Below are positions 10,863 through 19,615 of a stretch of 64,000 bases of DNA, piece after piece; positions within the stretch are counted from its first letter, which is position 1, and each line of letters starts with the position of its first letter. The DNA lies in contig UQSH01000001.1 of NCBI GenBank assembly GCA_900543795.1, forward strand, positions 51,562 to 115,561, given 5' to 3'. Position numbers and translations under genes: made by a program. This stretch comes from an uncultured Oscillospiraceae bacterium (lineage in GTDB: Bacteria > Bacillota > Clostridia > Oscillospirales > Acutalibacteraceae). The notes beneath the pieces were generated by a model. The model was not told the origin of the DNA and ran no database searches. It was given only the letters and a program-made list of their open reading frames with translations.

Positions 10863-11111
10863 ATGTCAATACTACAAGAATTGTGGTATGGGAACATTAG
10901 ACCAAATGAAGATAAGGTCATTACTGATGAGGAGAAAAAATTAGTTTCGCTGATTGCTCGGCATCACGAAACATTATCTTCTTCCCTAAAGAATGATGAC
11001 TTGGATGTGTTTGAAAAATATGTTGATTGCTTTACCGAGTATACCTCACTGATTGAATGTCAGGCATTTGAAATAGGATTTAAGTTAGCATTAAAATTGC
11101 TGAAAGAATAG
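10863..11111 (+). CDS. small hypothetical protein (mobile-element associated)
   Basis: 82 aa starting MSILQELWYG with AGGGAG RBS. First gene after the rhaD stop. No known domain recognised. Confidence 0.4.
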   Translation: MSILQELWYGNIRPNEDKVITDEEKKLVSLIARHHETLSSSLKNDDLDVFEKYVDCFTEYTSLIECQAFEIGFKLALKLLKE

Positions 11112-11143
11112 CCGGAGCTTGTTTACACTCCGGCTATAACTAT

Positions 11144-12118
11144 TTATTCAGTTCTAATTATCTCCAAAGCCTGTGCTTCGGATAGTTCATTATTCAAATA
11201 CATATTCTTGGCATTGACTGCTCTGTTAAGCCAAGCGGTGTATTCATCAGGTGATATTGCCTTTGGTGTTTCGCCGAATGTATATGCTCGTTCCATTCGC
11301 TTATACATTTTGTTCTTTTCCTTGTTAAAGGTCTGCAAAACCAAATCATTTTCCTCAAGCTTTTTGTGCTTCAGTAAAGGTCCGATTTGCTTGCAGGTCT
11401 TACCGTCCTTGAAAACTCTGTCACAGTACAGGGTTTTCTTTTTTGTCTTTGGAATGAAATACCTACTGCAAAGCTCACATTCGCAAACTGTTTCTTTTCT
11501 GTTGTAAAACAAGAGCATTAAATATTCGTAATAGTCCTTTACATAATCAAAAAACAGTAAGCTCTTTTCCTGTCCGTCAATATATGTGTAAACAGTCTTG
11601 CAGAAAACTGCTTTTGGAATTATTTCACTTAAATAATCTTCAAACAACTCTCTGTGGATTATACAAGGAAAGAAATTGCGTACCTTTCTTTGAATTACAA
11701 GAAGCTCATAAAGTCTAATGCTTAAAGTTGTTAGTGCCGTTTCAAGGCTTTTACTTGATTCGTAAGTGATTAGAATTTCTTTATCGCTTACAATCTCTGC
11801 AAATGTTCCCGAAAGCAAGGCTCCCAAGGTTTTGTTTCTCTGTCCTATTATCTCTGCAATCTCATAACACCTGTTGATTGCATTTCGCAATTCGTCTTCG
11901 TCCGGCTTGCTAATATCTATTAGATGCAACAGGTTATAAATCTCATCTTCTAAATCCCTGAAATCACAATCGCAGAAGCTTTGAATTTCCATTCTGTAAT
12001 CAACAGGCTTTAATTTTTTAACACCGTCATCACTAACCCAAAGTCGATGAGCAATATTTTTGTTTTGGAAATTAATATACAGTCCGTTTCTTAATTCAAT
12101 ATCTTTGTCCATAATCAA
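11144..12118 (-). CDS. hypothetical protein with internal Cys-rich zinc-finger-like motif
   Basis: 324 aa containing CECELCSRYF...CDRVFKDGKTCKQ (CxCxxC...CxxxxxxxxC). Sits inside the IME-like module. No confident family. Confidence 0.45.
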   Translation of the reverse strand: MIMDKDIELRNGLYINFQNKNIAHRLWVSDDGVKKLKPVDYRMEIQSFCDCDFRDLEDEIYNLLHLIDISKPDEDELRNAINRCYEIAEIIGQRNKTLGALLSGTFAEIVSDKEILITYESSKSLETALTTLSIRLYELLVIQRKVRNFFPCIIHRELFEDYLSEIIPKAVFCKTVYTYIDGQEKSLLFFDYVKDYYEYLMLLFYNRKETVCECELCSRYFIPKTKKKTLYCDRVFKDGKTCKQIGPLLKHKKLEENDLVLQTFNKEKNKMYKRMERAYTFGETPKAISPDEYTAWLNRAVNAKNMYLNNELSEAQALEIIRTE

Positions 12119-12227
12119 TCTTTCTTAAAAAAATCGTTTTTCACTAAAGCATAGTGATTTATTCTTTCCTGTATTACTATCATAACAGAAAGAGATTTCT
12201 CTTTCAATATTACGAAAGGAGTAAAAA

Positions 12228-12524
12228 ATGAAAACTGAATATCGCAAAGCCTGTTTCTTTCTGACACCGAATAAAATATTCGATGAAGGCTTAAAGCCAA
12301 GAGAGTTTATTGTGTATAGCTACCTGCTACGATGCGGTGATGCAAAAAGGCAATCGTTTCCTTCAAGAAAAAACATTGCAGAAAAATGTTCAATATCAGT
12401 TCCCACAGTTGACATTGCACTTAAAAATCTTGAAGAGGGCGGATTGATTTCCATTACACACAGAAACGATCCTCAAAACGGTAATCATCTATCGCACCTT
12501 TACACAGTCGAAAAAACTTGGTAA
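12228..12524 (+). CDS. winged helix-turn-helix DNA-binding protein (plasmid/ICE replication-initiator N-terminal-like regulator)
   Basis: 98 aa with AAGGAG RBS. Pattern REFIVYSYLLRC...SFPSRKNIAEKCSISVPTVDIALKNLEEGGLI is typical of a wHTH. Confidence 0.55.
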   Translation: MKTEYRKACFFLTPNKIFDEGLKPREFIVYSYLLRCGDAKRQSFPSRKNIAEKCSISVPTVDIALKNLEEGGLISITHRNDPQNGNHLSHLYTVEKTW

Positions 12525-12815
12525 GGGCTCGTAAGGACACCTGACAAAAAGAATATAAAGCACCTTGAAAATTGAATATTGAGAATAAGCAAAGTAATCG
12601 TCTGAAACACAAAACTCGATTGTAGGCAATTTGTGAGGGTGTTGCAGAGCTGAATTGGGGCTATGTACCGTAGTATTACCACGATATTATCTTAAGCAGG
12701 ATAAAGTGAGGCGTACCTCACGGTTCACATCAGCCGGCAGAGCCGACTGTTTTCAAGCCTTTAACCGACAACAGCTTAGGGGTAACTCAAATTTTGGAAG
12801 ATTGGAGGTACAAAT
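12525..12815 (+). promoter_or_regulatory. candidate oriT / structured non-coding region upstream of the RHH-relaxase genes
   Basis: 290 bp gap with a perfect hairpin GTGAGG-CGTA-CCTCAC (12706-12721) followed by imperfect inverted repeat CAGCCGG-N5-CCGACTG. The position 5' of mobC-like/relaxase genes is typical of oriT. Confidence 0.3.
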
Positions 12816-13217
12816 ATGGACAATATGAAAAAATATGCATTCTATATGCCTAAAAGCTTAATTGATGATGTTGATAATACAATCAACTCTCTTGGCAAAA
12901 TGTCAAGAGCAGAGTTCATTCGTGAGGCAGTTGATTTCTATATCGGCTATCTTAATTCACTGAGGGCAAGTGATTACCTGTCACCTATGCTCTCCCGTGC
13001 AATCAAAGGTGAGATAGAAAGCGTTGAAAAGAATGTCAGTGAAATGATTTTCAAATTGGCAGTTCAAAGCGCTGTTGCAAATATATTTATTGCAAACGGA
13101 TTAAATCTTGATACTTCTAACATTGATTATCTTACAAAGTGTGCAGCGAAAGAGATAGCAAAGCAAAACGGTATTATTGATTTAAAAAAGGCAAGTGAAA
13201 TGTTTAGAGCTGAATAA
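12816..13217 (+). CDS. ribbon-helix-helix protein (MobC/CopG-like relaxosome accessory protein)
   Basis: 133 aa with GGAGG RBS. N-terminal MSRAEFIREAVDFYIGY is an RHH signature. Stop overlaps the relaxase start (TAATG). Confidence 0.5.
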   Translation: MDNMKKYAFYMPKSLIDDVDNTINSLGKMSRAEFIREAVDFYIGYLNSLRASDYLSPMLSRAIKGEIESVEKNVSEMIFKLAVQSAVANIFIANGLNLDTSNIDYLTKCAAKEIAKQNGIIDLKKASEMFRAE

Positions 13218-14695
13218 TGGCACAGATAATTCTAAGCAGCAGATATATTAAAAATCCCAAAAAGGTTAATGCCGGAAAGCTTGTTAAGTATATGGGTACT
13301 CGTGAGGGAGTTGAAAAGCTACCTAAAGGTATTGAAATCAAGCCTGCAACAAAGAAGCAACAAGAACTTATAAATACAATTACAAACCGTTATCCCGAAA
13401 CAAAGGACTACCTTGAATACAAGTACTATGACAAAAGCAAAACAAAAAGCAGTGCAACGGAATTCATTGACGCAGTTGTTGAAAGAAATGCTGACAGAGC
13501 CGAGCAGTTAAAATCATTGGTTTCATATATGGCTCAGTGACCGAGTGTTGAAAGGATAGGCAGTCACGGATTGTTTTCAGCCACAGATGATGAAATCAAT
13601 CTTGATGAGGTTGCAGACAGAGTATCTAATCACGATGGAATTGTTTGGACTCATGTAATCAGCTTAACTCGTGAGGATGCCGAAAGATTAGGCTACAACA
13701 ATGCAGAGGCTTGGAAAAATCTTGTTCGAAGAAACGAGATTGAAATAGCCCAGGCGCACAAAATAAGCCAAGATGATATTGAATGGTACGGTGCGTTTCA
13801 CAATACAACGCATCACCCGCACATACATCTGCTTGTATATTCAAAATCAGGACAAGGCTATCTAACTGCAAAGGCAATAAAGGATATGAAATCATCATTT
13901 GCAAATGACATATTCCGTAACGAAAGATACAAGCTGTTCAAGGAACAAACAGAGATAAGAAATGAACTCAAGGATGAATTTAACTCTTATCTTGAACAAA
14001 TCAAAAACGGAGATATTGTTTTATCCGACAGAATGCTTAAGCTGGTAAACAATTTAAAAACACAATTGAATAACTACAAAGGCAAAAAGGTTTACGGATA
14101 TCTGCCAAATAAAATGAAAAGAACGGTTGATCAAATACAATGGTGCCTACTGCTTGACAACGAGGACCTATATTTTCTCTATCATTCTTGGAACGACATA
14201 AACAACAAAAAGCTATCAACATATTACGACAGCAAGAATAATTATGTTTACATTATTAATAACAAGGAGTTTCGTTCCGTAAAGAATGCAATCATAAAGG
14301 CAATAGACGAAATGGACATAACCGATAGCGCAGAGCAAAGCAGTAATGTAACAAACATCATTAATGATTTGACAAGACTGCTTGCAAATATGCTTTCGTT
14401 AAGTGCAGAAAAGAAAATGAAAAGTCTTAACTCTCAATCCATAGACCAAAAGCAAATGCAGATGATACTTGATAAAAAGCAGGCAAGAGGTCAAAGAGAC
14501 GGTGTTTCCAAAAATGACAAAAAGGAGGTTGATGAATCTAAATCACAAACTGCATCACAAAATCTTGAAGCTTTGTTTGAGCTTGGTGCTATGATGATTA
14601 GAAAGGCAGTAAGTCATAACAATGATTATGAATATGATTACAATAACGACAATAATGATTATGAAGAAGAACAAGGCTTTGATTTAACAATGTAA
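13217..14695 (+). pseudogene. MOBP-family relaxase (Relaxase/mobilisation nuclease domain) interrupted by an in-frame TGA at 13538-13540
   Basis: ORFs 13217-13540 and 13571-14695 are in the same frame. The N-terminal part carries the catalytic-Tyr region (KLVKYMGTRE, cf. RP4 TraI LVKYITDEQ). The C-terminal part carries motif II (THVISLTRED) and the His triad (HNTTHHPHIHLLVYS). TGA is a genuine stop in this genome, since rhaA and rhaD end in TGA. Confidence 0.7.
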
Positions 14696-14842
14696 CTAAA
14701 ACTAAAAAGTTCCGGCGAGCAATCGTCGGGCAGAAAGGAAATTAGAATGATTAAAAATATTATTACGATAGATGTAATTGCGAAAGGAGTGATGACATAA
14801 GGACAAGGTGCTTTTGCATAAGTTTCGTTGAGGCGATTGCTA

Positions 14843-15007
14843 ATGAAAACGAAAATCATTTTCGAAAATCAAAATGATTGTGCAAAAGACAAAAGCAAAG
14901 AATTTGAAGGTCAGTATATGAAAGCGATTTTACTTGCTCTGTTGGAGGGTGGAAAAATAAATCAGGCACAGTATGACGAGTGCAAAAGGAGGCTCAAAAT
15001 AAATTAG
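14843..15007 (+). CDS. small hypothetical protein upstream of the recombinase (possible directionality factor/regulator)
   Basis: 54 aa (MKTKIIFENQNDCAKDK...KAILLALLEGGKINQAQYDECKRRLKIN) with weak GAGG RBS. Speculative. Confidence 0.25.
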   Translation: MKTKIIFENQNDCAKDKSKEFEGQYMKAILLALLEGGKINQAQYDECKRRLKIN

Positions 15008-15105
15008 CTGGACTTTCAAATTACTTTGAATATAATGTGTGTTGAAAAAGGCAGGTGCCTTTACATCCGGTGCCTGCCTGTGAAAAAAACAGAAAGGAGA
15101 AAGTT

Positions 15106-16779
15106 ATGCTTAAAACTGATGACAGGGTACTGCGAGTGGCGGCGTACTGCCGTGTATCCACCGACAAAACGGATCAGGCAAATTCCCTTGAAAGTCAGCA
15201 ACGATACTTTAACGAGTACATAAGGCGAAATCCGCTGTGGGAGCTTTATAACATTTATGTTGATGACGGAATTACCGGCACAAGCACGAAAAAGCGTGTG
15301 GCATTCAATCAAATGATTGAGGACGCAAAGAGCGGTAAATTTGATTTGATTATCACAAAGGAAATCAGCCGATTTGCCCGAAATATTCTTGACAGCATCG
15401 GCTATACAAGAGAGCTGAAAAATTTAGGCGTCGGCGTAATTTTCCTCAACGATAACATAAACACTCTTGACAATGATGCGGAAATGCGACTTGCATTTTT
15501 CTCAACAATGGCACAGGAGGAAAGCCGAAAAACAAGCGAGCGTGTTAAGTGGGGACTGCGAAGGCAGATGGAAAAGGGTGTTGTTCTCGGCAGGGATATG
15601 CTTGGCTATGATGTGCGAAACGGACAACTCATCATAAACGAGGAGGGTGCCGAAACGGTCAGGCTGATTTACCACAAATTCCTTGACGAAGGCAAGGGTG
15701 CTCATAGGATTGCAAGGGAGCTTCGTGAGGAAGGAGTCAAGACCTCAACACGAATGAAAGATTGGTCATACACGGTTATTCTTCGCATACTGCGAAATGA
15801 AAAATACTGCGGCGACCTTATTCAGCAAAAGACCTACACACCCGATTATCTATCCCACAAAAAGAAACGCAACTACGGCGAAATGGAAACAGTGGAAATT
15901 CATAATCATCACGAACCGATTATTTCAAGAGAACGCTTTGAGGCGGTGCAAAGAGAGCTTGAAAGACGCAGACCTGCCGAAAGTACTGTGAAAGCCTTTG
16001 CAAACCGTTATGCACTGTCGGGTAAAATTGTCTGCGGCGAATGCGGTGCAGGCTTTGTAAGACGGCAAAAGAAACGCAAGGACGGCTCGTTTAATGTTAA
16101 GTGGGTGTGTGCCGAAAGTCAAAAGAACGGCTCGAAGCATAAAGAAAAGGACGGAACCTCCGCAGGATGTACGACAAATTCTGTCAACGATAGGGATATA
16201 AAAGAAATTCTGCAAAGTGTGGTTGCCGACACGATGGAGGGCAGATCAGAGGTTACAAGCTACCTGTTGCAGACGGTGGAAGCAGTTATTGAAGCAGTGG
16301 GCAAAAGCAATAACACCCACCACTTTGAAAAGGAAATTGAAAGGTGCAAGGAAAAGAAAAAAAGACTCCTCGATATGTGCCTTAACGGTTACATTGAGGC
16401 AAAGGAATACCGAGAAGCCTGTGATGAAATCACAATGCAAATTATTGACCTTGAAGAAAAGCTAAATCGTGAAAAGAGCAATCAAAAGATTATTGAGGAC
16501 AAGGAAAAGGTTATCGAGGATATAAGAGAATTCGTTGAAAATGTGTCCTGCGGTGCGGAGTGGAACGATACATTTTACCGCAACATAGTTGACAAAATCG
16601 TGGTTTACAAGAACAGAAAAATAGATATTCACCTAAAGCTGATACCTGAAAAGTGGCAGGCAAAAATCCTTGCAGGTGCGGGGGAAATTAACGCTTATGA
16701 GAGCAAAAAATCCTCTTGTGTATGCTCTACGCCGATATCGGTTAACAGACCTTTCAGCTCGGGCAACGGCATTGAATAG
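15106..16779 (+). CDS. large serine recombinase (resolvase catalytic domain + recombinase domain + zinc ribbon + coiled coil)
   Basis: AAAGGAG RBS. N-terminal AAYCRVSTDKTDQANSLESQ (catalytic Ser) and DDGITGTS resolvase motifs. CGECGAGF zinc ribbon. The C-terminal ~20 codons read into antisense cotJC DNA, so the true C-terminus is at or near the att junction. Confidence 0.85.
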   Translation: MLKTDDRVLRVAAYCRVSTDKTDQANSLESQQRYFNEYIRRNPLWELYNIYVDDGITGTSTKKRVAFNQMIEDAKSGKFDLIITKEISRFARNILDSIGYTRELKNLGVGVIFLNDNINTLDNDAEMRLAFFSTMAQEESRKTSERVKWGLRRQMEKGVVLGRDMLGYDVRNGQLIINEEGAETVRLIYHKFLDEGKGAHRIARELREEGVKTSTRMKDWSYTVILRILRNEKYCGDLIQQKTYTPDYLSHKKKRNYGEMETVEIHNHHEPIISRERFEAVQRELERRRPAESTVKAFANRYALSGKIVCGECGAGFVRRQKKRKDGSFNVKWVCAESQKNGSKHKEKDGTSAGCTTNSVNDRDIKEILQSVVADTMEGRSEVTSYLLQTVEAVIEAVGKSNNTHHFEKEIERCKEKKKRLLDMCLNGYIEAKEYREACDEITMQIIDLEEKLNREKSNQKIIEDKEKVIEDIREFVENVSCGAEWNDTFYRNIVDKIVVYKNRKIDIHLKLIPEKWQAKILAGAGEINAYESKKSSCVCSTPISVNRPFSSGNGIE

Positions 16780-16916
16780 CGCTGTGAGAGGTAGCGCAGA
16801 GAAGCCCCTAACTCGCCGTTCGGGCCTCCGTACTGCGATATTATCAGGCTTGCCGCCGCAGGATTGCACTTTTTAATGTTTATGGGATATTGAAGCTTTT
16901 TTATATAATTAAACAT
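16695..16916 (-). pseudogene. cotJC: truncated 5' fragment of spore coat protein CotJC (manganese catalase family). First ~64 codons only.
   Basis: Translation MFNYIKKLQYPINIKKCNPAAASLIISQYGGPNGELGASLRYLSQRYSMPLPELKGLLTDIGVE matches the CotJC/Mn-catalase N-terminus (KKLQYP..., YGG.nGEL.A.lRYL.QRY.MP, TDIGtEE). The frame then diverges (HTQEDFLLS*) where the recombinase gene begins. The same upstream motif as cotJB and ypeB is present. Confidence 0.7.
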
Positions 16917-17226
16917 AAAATCACATAGCCTTTCCAACTGCAAAAGTTTGTTTTGCACCGCCGATGCAGTTTTTCGTCGTGCAAAAATATGATAAAGGAG
17001 ATAATCATATAATTTAACTTATTCAGTCCATTGTATGCGAAAAGCTGCGTTTTGCTAACCTTACGGACATTTCATTGCGCTTCTCCTTTCTGCCATTAAA
17101 AAAGCGTCCTGTGTATATAAGACGATTAGACAGGAAATAAATAAATTGCAGAATGTATTATTTTTTGTTGTTTTTAGGGATAATATATGCTAAAATAATT
17201 TTATTACTAAAATAAAGAGGTTTAAA

Positions 17227-18177
17227 ATGAAACTTTCACTTGTTGTTCCCTGCTATAATGAAGAGGGAAATGTTGAAAAATTCTATTCAGAGGTTAAAAG
17301 GGTTTTTGACGGATGTGTTGAGGATTACGAATTTGTTTTCGTAAACGACGGAAGCAAGGACGAAACATATCATAAGCTTAAAAAGCTCTATGAAGAGCAT
17401 AAGGAATCGCAGATTCAGGTTTTGTCATTCAGCAGAAATTTCGGTAAAGAAGCCGCAATCTATGCAGGTCTTAACAGTGTTAAGGGCGACCTTGTGTGCC
17501 TTATTGACGCAGACCTCCAACAACGGCCGGAGGTTGTTTTGCGTATGCTTGATGTTATGCAGAAAAACGAAGAGATTGATTGCGTAACGGCATATCAGGA
17601 CGAGCGCAAGGAGGGCAGGCTGATGACAGCTATGAAATCTGCCTTCTATAAAATTATAAACGGCATTGCGGATGTTCCGTTTGTTAACGGCGCCTCCGAT
17701 TTCAGACTGATGAAAAGAAAAATGGTTGATGCAGTTATCGAAATGGGCGAGTATCACAGATTTTCAAAGGGTATTTTCAGCTTTGTCGGCTTCAACACGG
17801 AATATATTCCTTACACGGTTGAAGAGCGCGAAAGCGGAGAATCAAAGTGGGGCTTCAGAAAGCTTTTCAAATATGCTATTGAGGGTATTGTTTCATTTAC
17901 AACATTTCCTTTAAAATTATCAACATATATAGGGCTGTTTTCCTCGTTTGCTTCAATAATTTATCTTATCGTTGTTGTTATTCAAAAGCTTGCCTTCGGA
18001 ATAAATGTTCCCGGCTATGCAACAATTGTTGTGCTTGTTCTTCTCCTTGGAGGGCTTCAGCTATTCTGCCTCGGCCTTCTCGGAGAATATCTTTCAAAAA
18101 TATATGTTCAAGTTAAAAACAGACCTATCTATATTTTAAAAGAGCATCTCGGAAGTAAAGACAAAAAGGATATTTAA
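17227..18177 (+). CDS. gtrB: GT2 polyprenyl-phosphate glycosyltransferase (GtrB/CsbB/ArnC-like)
   Basis: 316 aa. LSLVVPCYNEEGNV and DADLQ (DxD) motifs, two C-terminal TM helices. RBS AAGAGG. Confidence 0.8.
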   Translation: MKLSLVVPCYNEEGNVEKFYSEVKRVFDGCVEDYEFVFVNDGSKDETYHKLKKLYEEHKESQIQVLSFSRNFGKEAAIYAGLNSVKGDLVCLIDADLQQRPEVVLRMLDVMQKNEEIDCVTAYQDERKEGRLMTAMKSAFYKIINGIADVPFVNGASDFRLMKRKMVDAVIEMGEYHRFSKGIFSFVGFNTEYIPYTVEERESGESKWGFRKLFKYAIEGIVSFTTFPLKLSTYIGLFSSFASIIYLIVVVIQKLAFGINVPGYATIVVLVLLLGGLQLFCLGLLGEYLSKIYVQVKNRPIYILKEHLGSKDKKDI

Positions 18178-18179
18178 TT

Positions 18180-18671
18180 ATGAAAAAAATAAAAGAGCTA
18201 TTGATTAAATACAAGGAATTGATAACCTATTTTGTTTTCGGAGTGCTGACAACGGTTGTTAACTTTGCGGCATTTTGGATTATCGACAGGGCTTTGGGCG
18301 ACAGGCTTTATCTTATCAGCAATGCAATTGCGTGGGTTATTGCCGTTGCGTTTGCCTATGTAACAAATAAAATTTGGGTTTTTGATTCAAAAAGCTGGGC
18401 ACCTAAGCTTGTTTTTAAGGAGATTTGCGAATTTGTTGCGGCAAGGCTTTTCAGCTTCGGAATTGAAGAGGGAGGCCTTTACCTTTTCGTAACAATTATG
18501 GGCTTCGGCAAATATTCGTTTACTCTTTTAGGAATTGAAATAACAGGTCAGCTTATCGCAAAGGTTATCCTTGCCGTTATCGTTGTTATTTTGAATTACT
18601 TTTTCAGCAAATTTATTATTTTTGCCAAGAAAAAGGATAAAAATAAAAACGATAAAACAGAAAAAGCATAA
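18180..18671 (+). CDS. gtrA: GtrA-family small membrane protein (glycolipid flippase-like)
   Basis: 163 aa with four TM segments. FGVLTTVVNFAAFWII...NKIWVF is typical of GtrA. Confidence 0.7.
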   Translation: MKKIKELLIKYKELITYFVFGVLTTVVNFAAFWIIDRALGDRLYLISNAIAWVIAVAFAYVTNKIWVFDSKSWAPKLVFKEICEFVAARLFSFGIEEGGLYLFVTIMGFGKYSFTLLGIEITGQLIAKVILAVIVVILNYFFSKFIIFAKKKDKNKNDKTEKA

Positions 18672-18697
18672 TCAAAGCAAAAACCGAAAAACACTAA

Positions 18698-18733
18698 ATG
18701 CCGCAAAAGCAAGGGCTTCTGCGGCATTTTTTA
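18698..18733. terminator. bidirectional rho-independent terminator shared by gtrA (+) and cotJB (-)
   Basis: ATGCCGCA-N14-TGCGGCAT stem flanked by an A-run upstream and a T-run downstream. Confidence 0.5.
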
Positions 18734-18783
18734 TCCTGCGTGATTACGATATAATCATAAAAGCACAGGCAAATATATTTTTT

Positions 18784-19017
18784 TTAATTATCCCACGGCC
18801 ACGGGTCTTTAAGCCATTCGTCCGTGTTTTCTCCGTTTAGGGTTAAAGGTCCGTAAAGGGACTCATATTCATTTTTAAGCTTTTCAAATTGCATTTTGTA
18901 TTTTCTGAAAAGTCTTTGCGCCTCTGCGTTTCCTTTGTGAGTGTCAAGATAAACATGCGTTTCCCACATTGCAAACTGTGCGGCGGAAAGCCTGTTTAAA
19001 AGCTGTTCTCTTTTCAT
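18784..19017 (-). CDS. cotJB: spore coat protein CotJB
   Basis: WETHVYLDTHKGNAEAQRLF...YGPLTL...DPWPWD matches the CotJB family (LYLDTHP..., PWPWx C-terminus). Start placed at the second ATG (19017). The first ATG (19029) lies inside the conserved upstream motif. Confidence 0.7.
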   Translation of the reverse strand: MKREQLLNRLSAAQFAMWETHVYLDTHKGNAEAQRLFRKYKMQFEKLKNEYESLYGPLTLNGENTDEWLKDPWPWDN

Positions 19018-19157
19018 AAAAATCTCCATAGCCTTTCCGGCTGCAAATATATTAATTAAAAATTCCTAACGCCTTATTGTAGCCGGATAAGGCGTATGAT
19101 GGGAATTCAGCCATCTCAAAATTATTTGAGGGCAATAAATAGTATTAGTGTGATTTT

Positions 19158-19373
19158 TCACACTATCACTCCTTTGCCTGTAAACGGCTTATCAAGCTCG
19201 GGAAAAAGCGTTCCTCTTTCAAGGCTCTTTTTTTCCTCTTCATATATAACGGGAGCCTGCTGAAAAGGAACATACGCCATGGCAACCGTTGCGTCAGACG
19301 GAAGCGGCGAGGGGATGCTGCTTTTTTTGCTTCTCAAAAAGCTCGGATTAAACATATCGTCAAAATCATGCAT
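19158..19373 (-). CDS. cotJA: spore coat-associated protein CotJA
   Basis: C-terminal AYVPFQQ...GTLFPELDKPF matches the CotJA motif. Start chosen at the internal ATG (19373), preceded by a GAAAGGCT element. The longer 127-aa ORF has no RBS. Confidence 0.55.
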   Translation of the reverse strand: MHDFDDMFNPSFLRSKKSSIPSPLPSDATVAMAYVPFQQAPVIYEEEKKSLERGTLFPELDKPFTGKGVIV

Positions 19374-19615
19374 AATAGCTTCAAGCCTTTCTGCCTGCGA
19401 TTGTTTCTCCGCCTTTGACTGCCGCAGGCTTGCAGACTGCGGAGCAAAAGAAATCCTTCTTATTCGGATTAATTTTTTTATTATAGGATTATCTCCCTCT
19501 GATTTATAATATGCCGGCGTGCGAAAAAAGTTTTTCGGCATATAATAGAATAGATGTTTAAAATTGCTGTTAATAGGTAAAACTATTTATGAAATTTAAA
19601 ACAAGGGTGATAATT

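Larger units (their letters stand above)
10769..16725. mobile_element. putative integrative mobilisable element (IME, Tn4451-like logic): wHTH, RHH, MOBP relaxase (interrupted), oriT candidate, large serine recombinase at right end. Right junction lies inside cotJC.
   Basis: Gene content, see individual entries. The recombinase ORF reads through into antisense cotJC sequence, and the CotJC homology stops at ~16725. The left boundary is uncertain and may lie further left or outside the window. Confidence 0.5.

Noticed and set aside
13538-13540. In-frame TGA in the relaxase as programmed recoding (selenocysteine or alternative genetic code)
   Set aside because: TGA clearly functions as a stop for rhaA and rhaD, among others, in this window. 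No SECIS-like hairpin immediately follows. A nonsense mutation or sequencing error is the simpler explanation.
19374-19541. Longer 127-aa version of cotJA starting at 19541
   Set aside because: No RBS is present at 19541. The internal ATG at 19373 is preceded by the GAAAGGCT element shared with the other sporulation genes, and it gives a CotJA-sized product.
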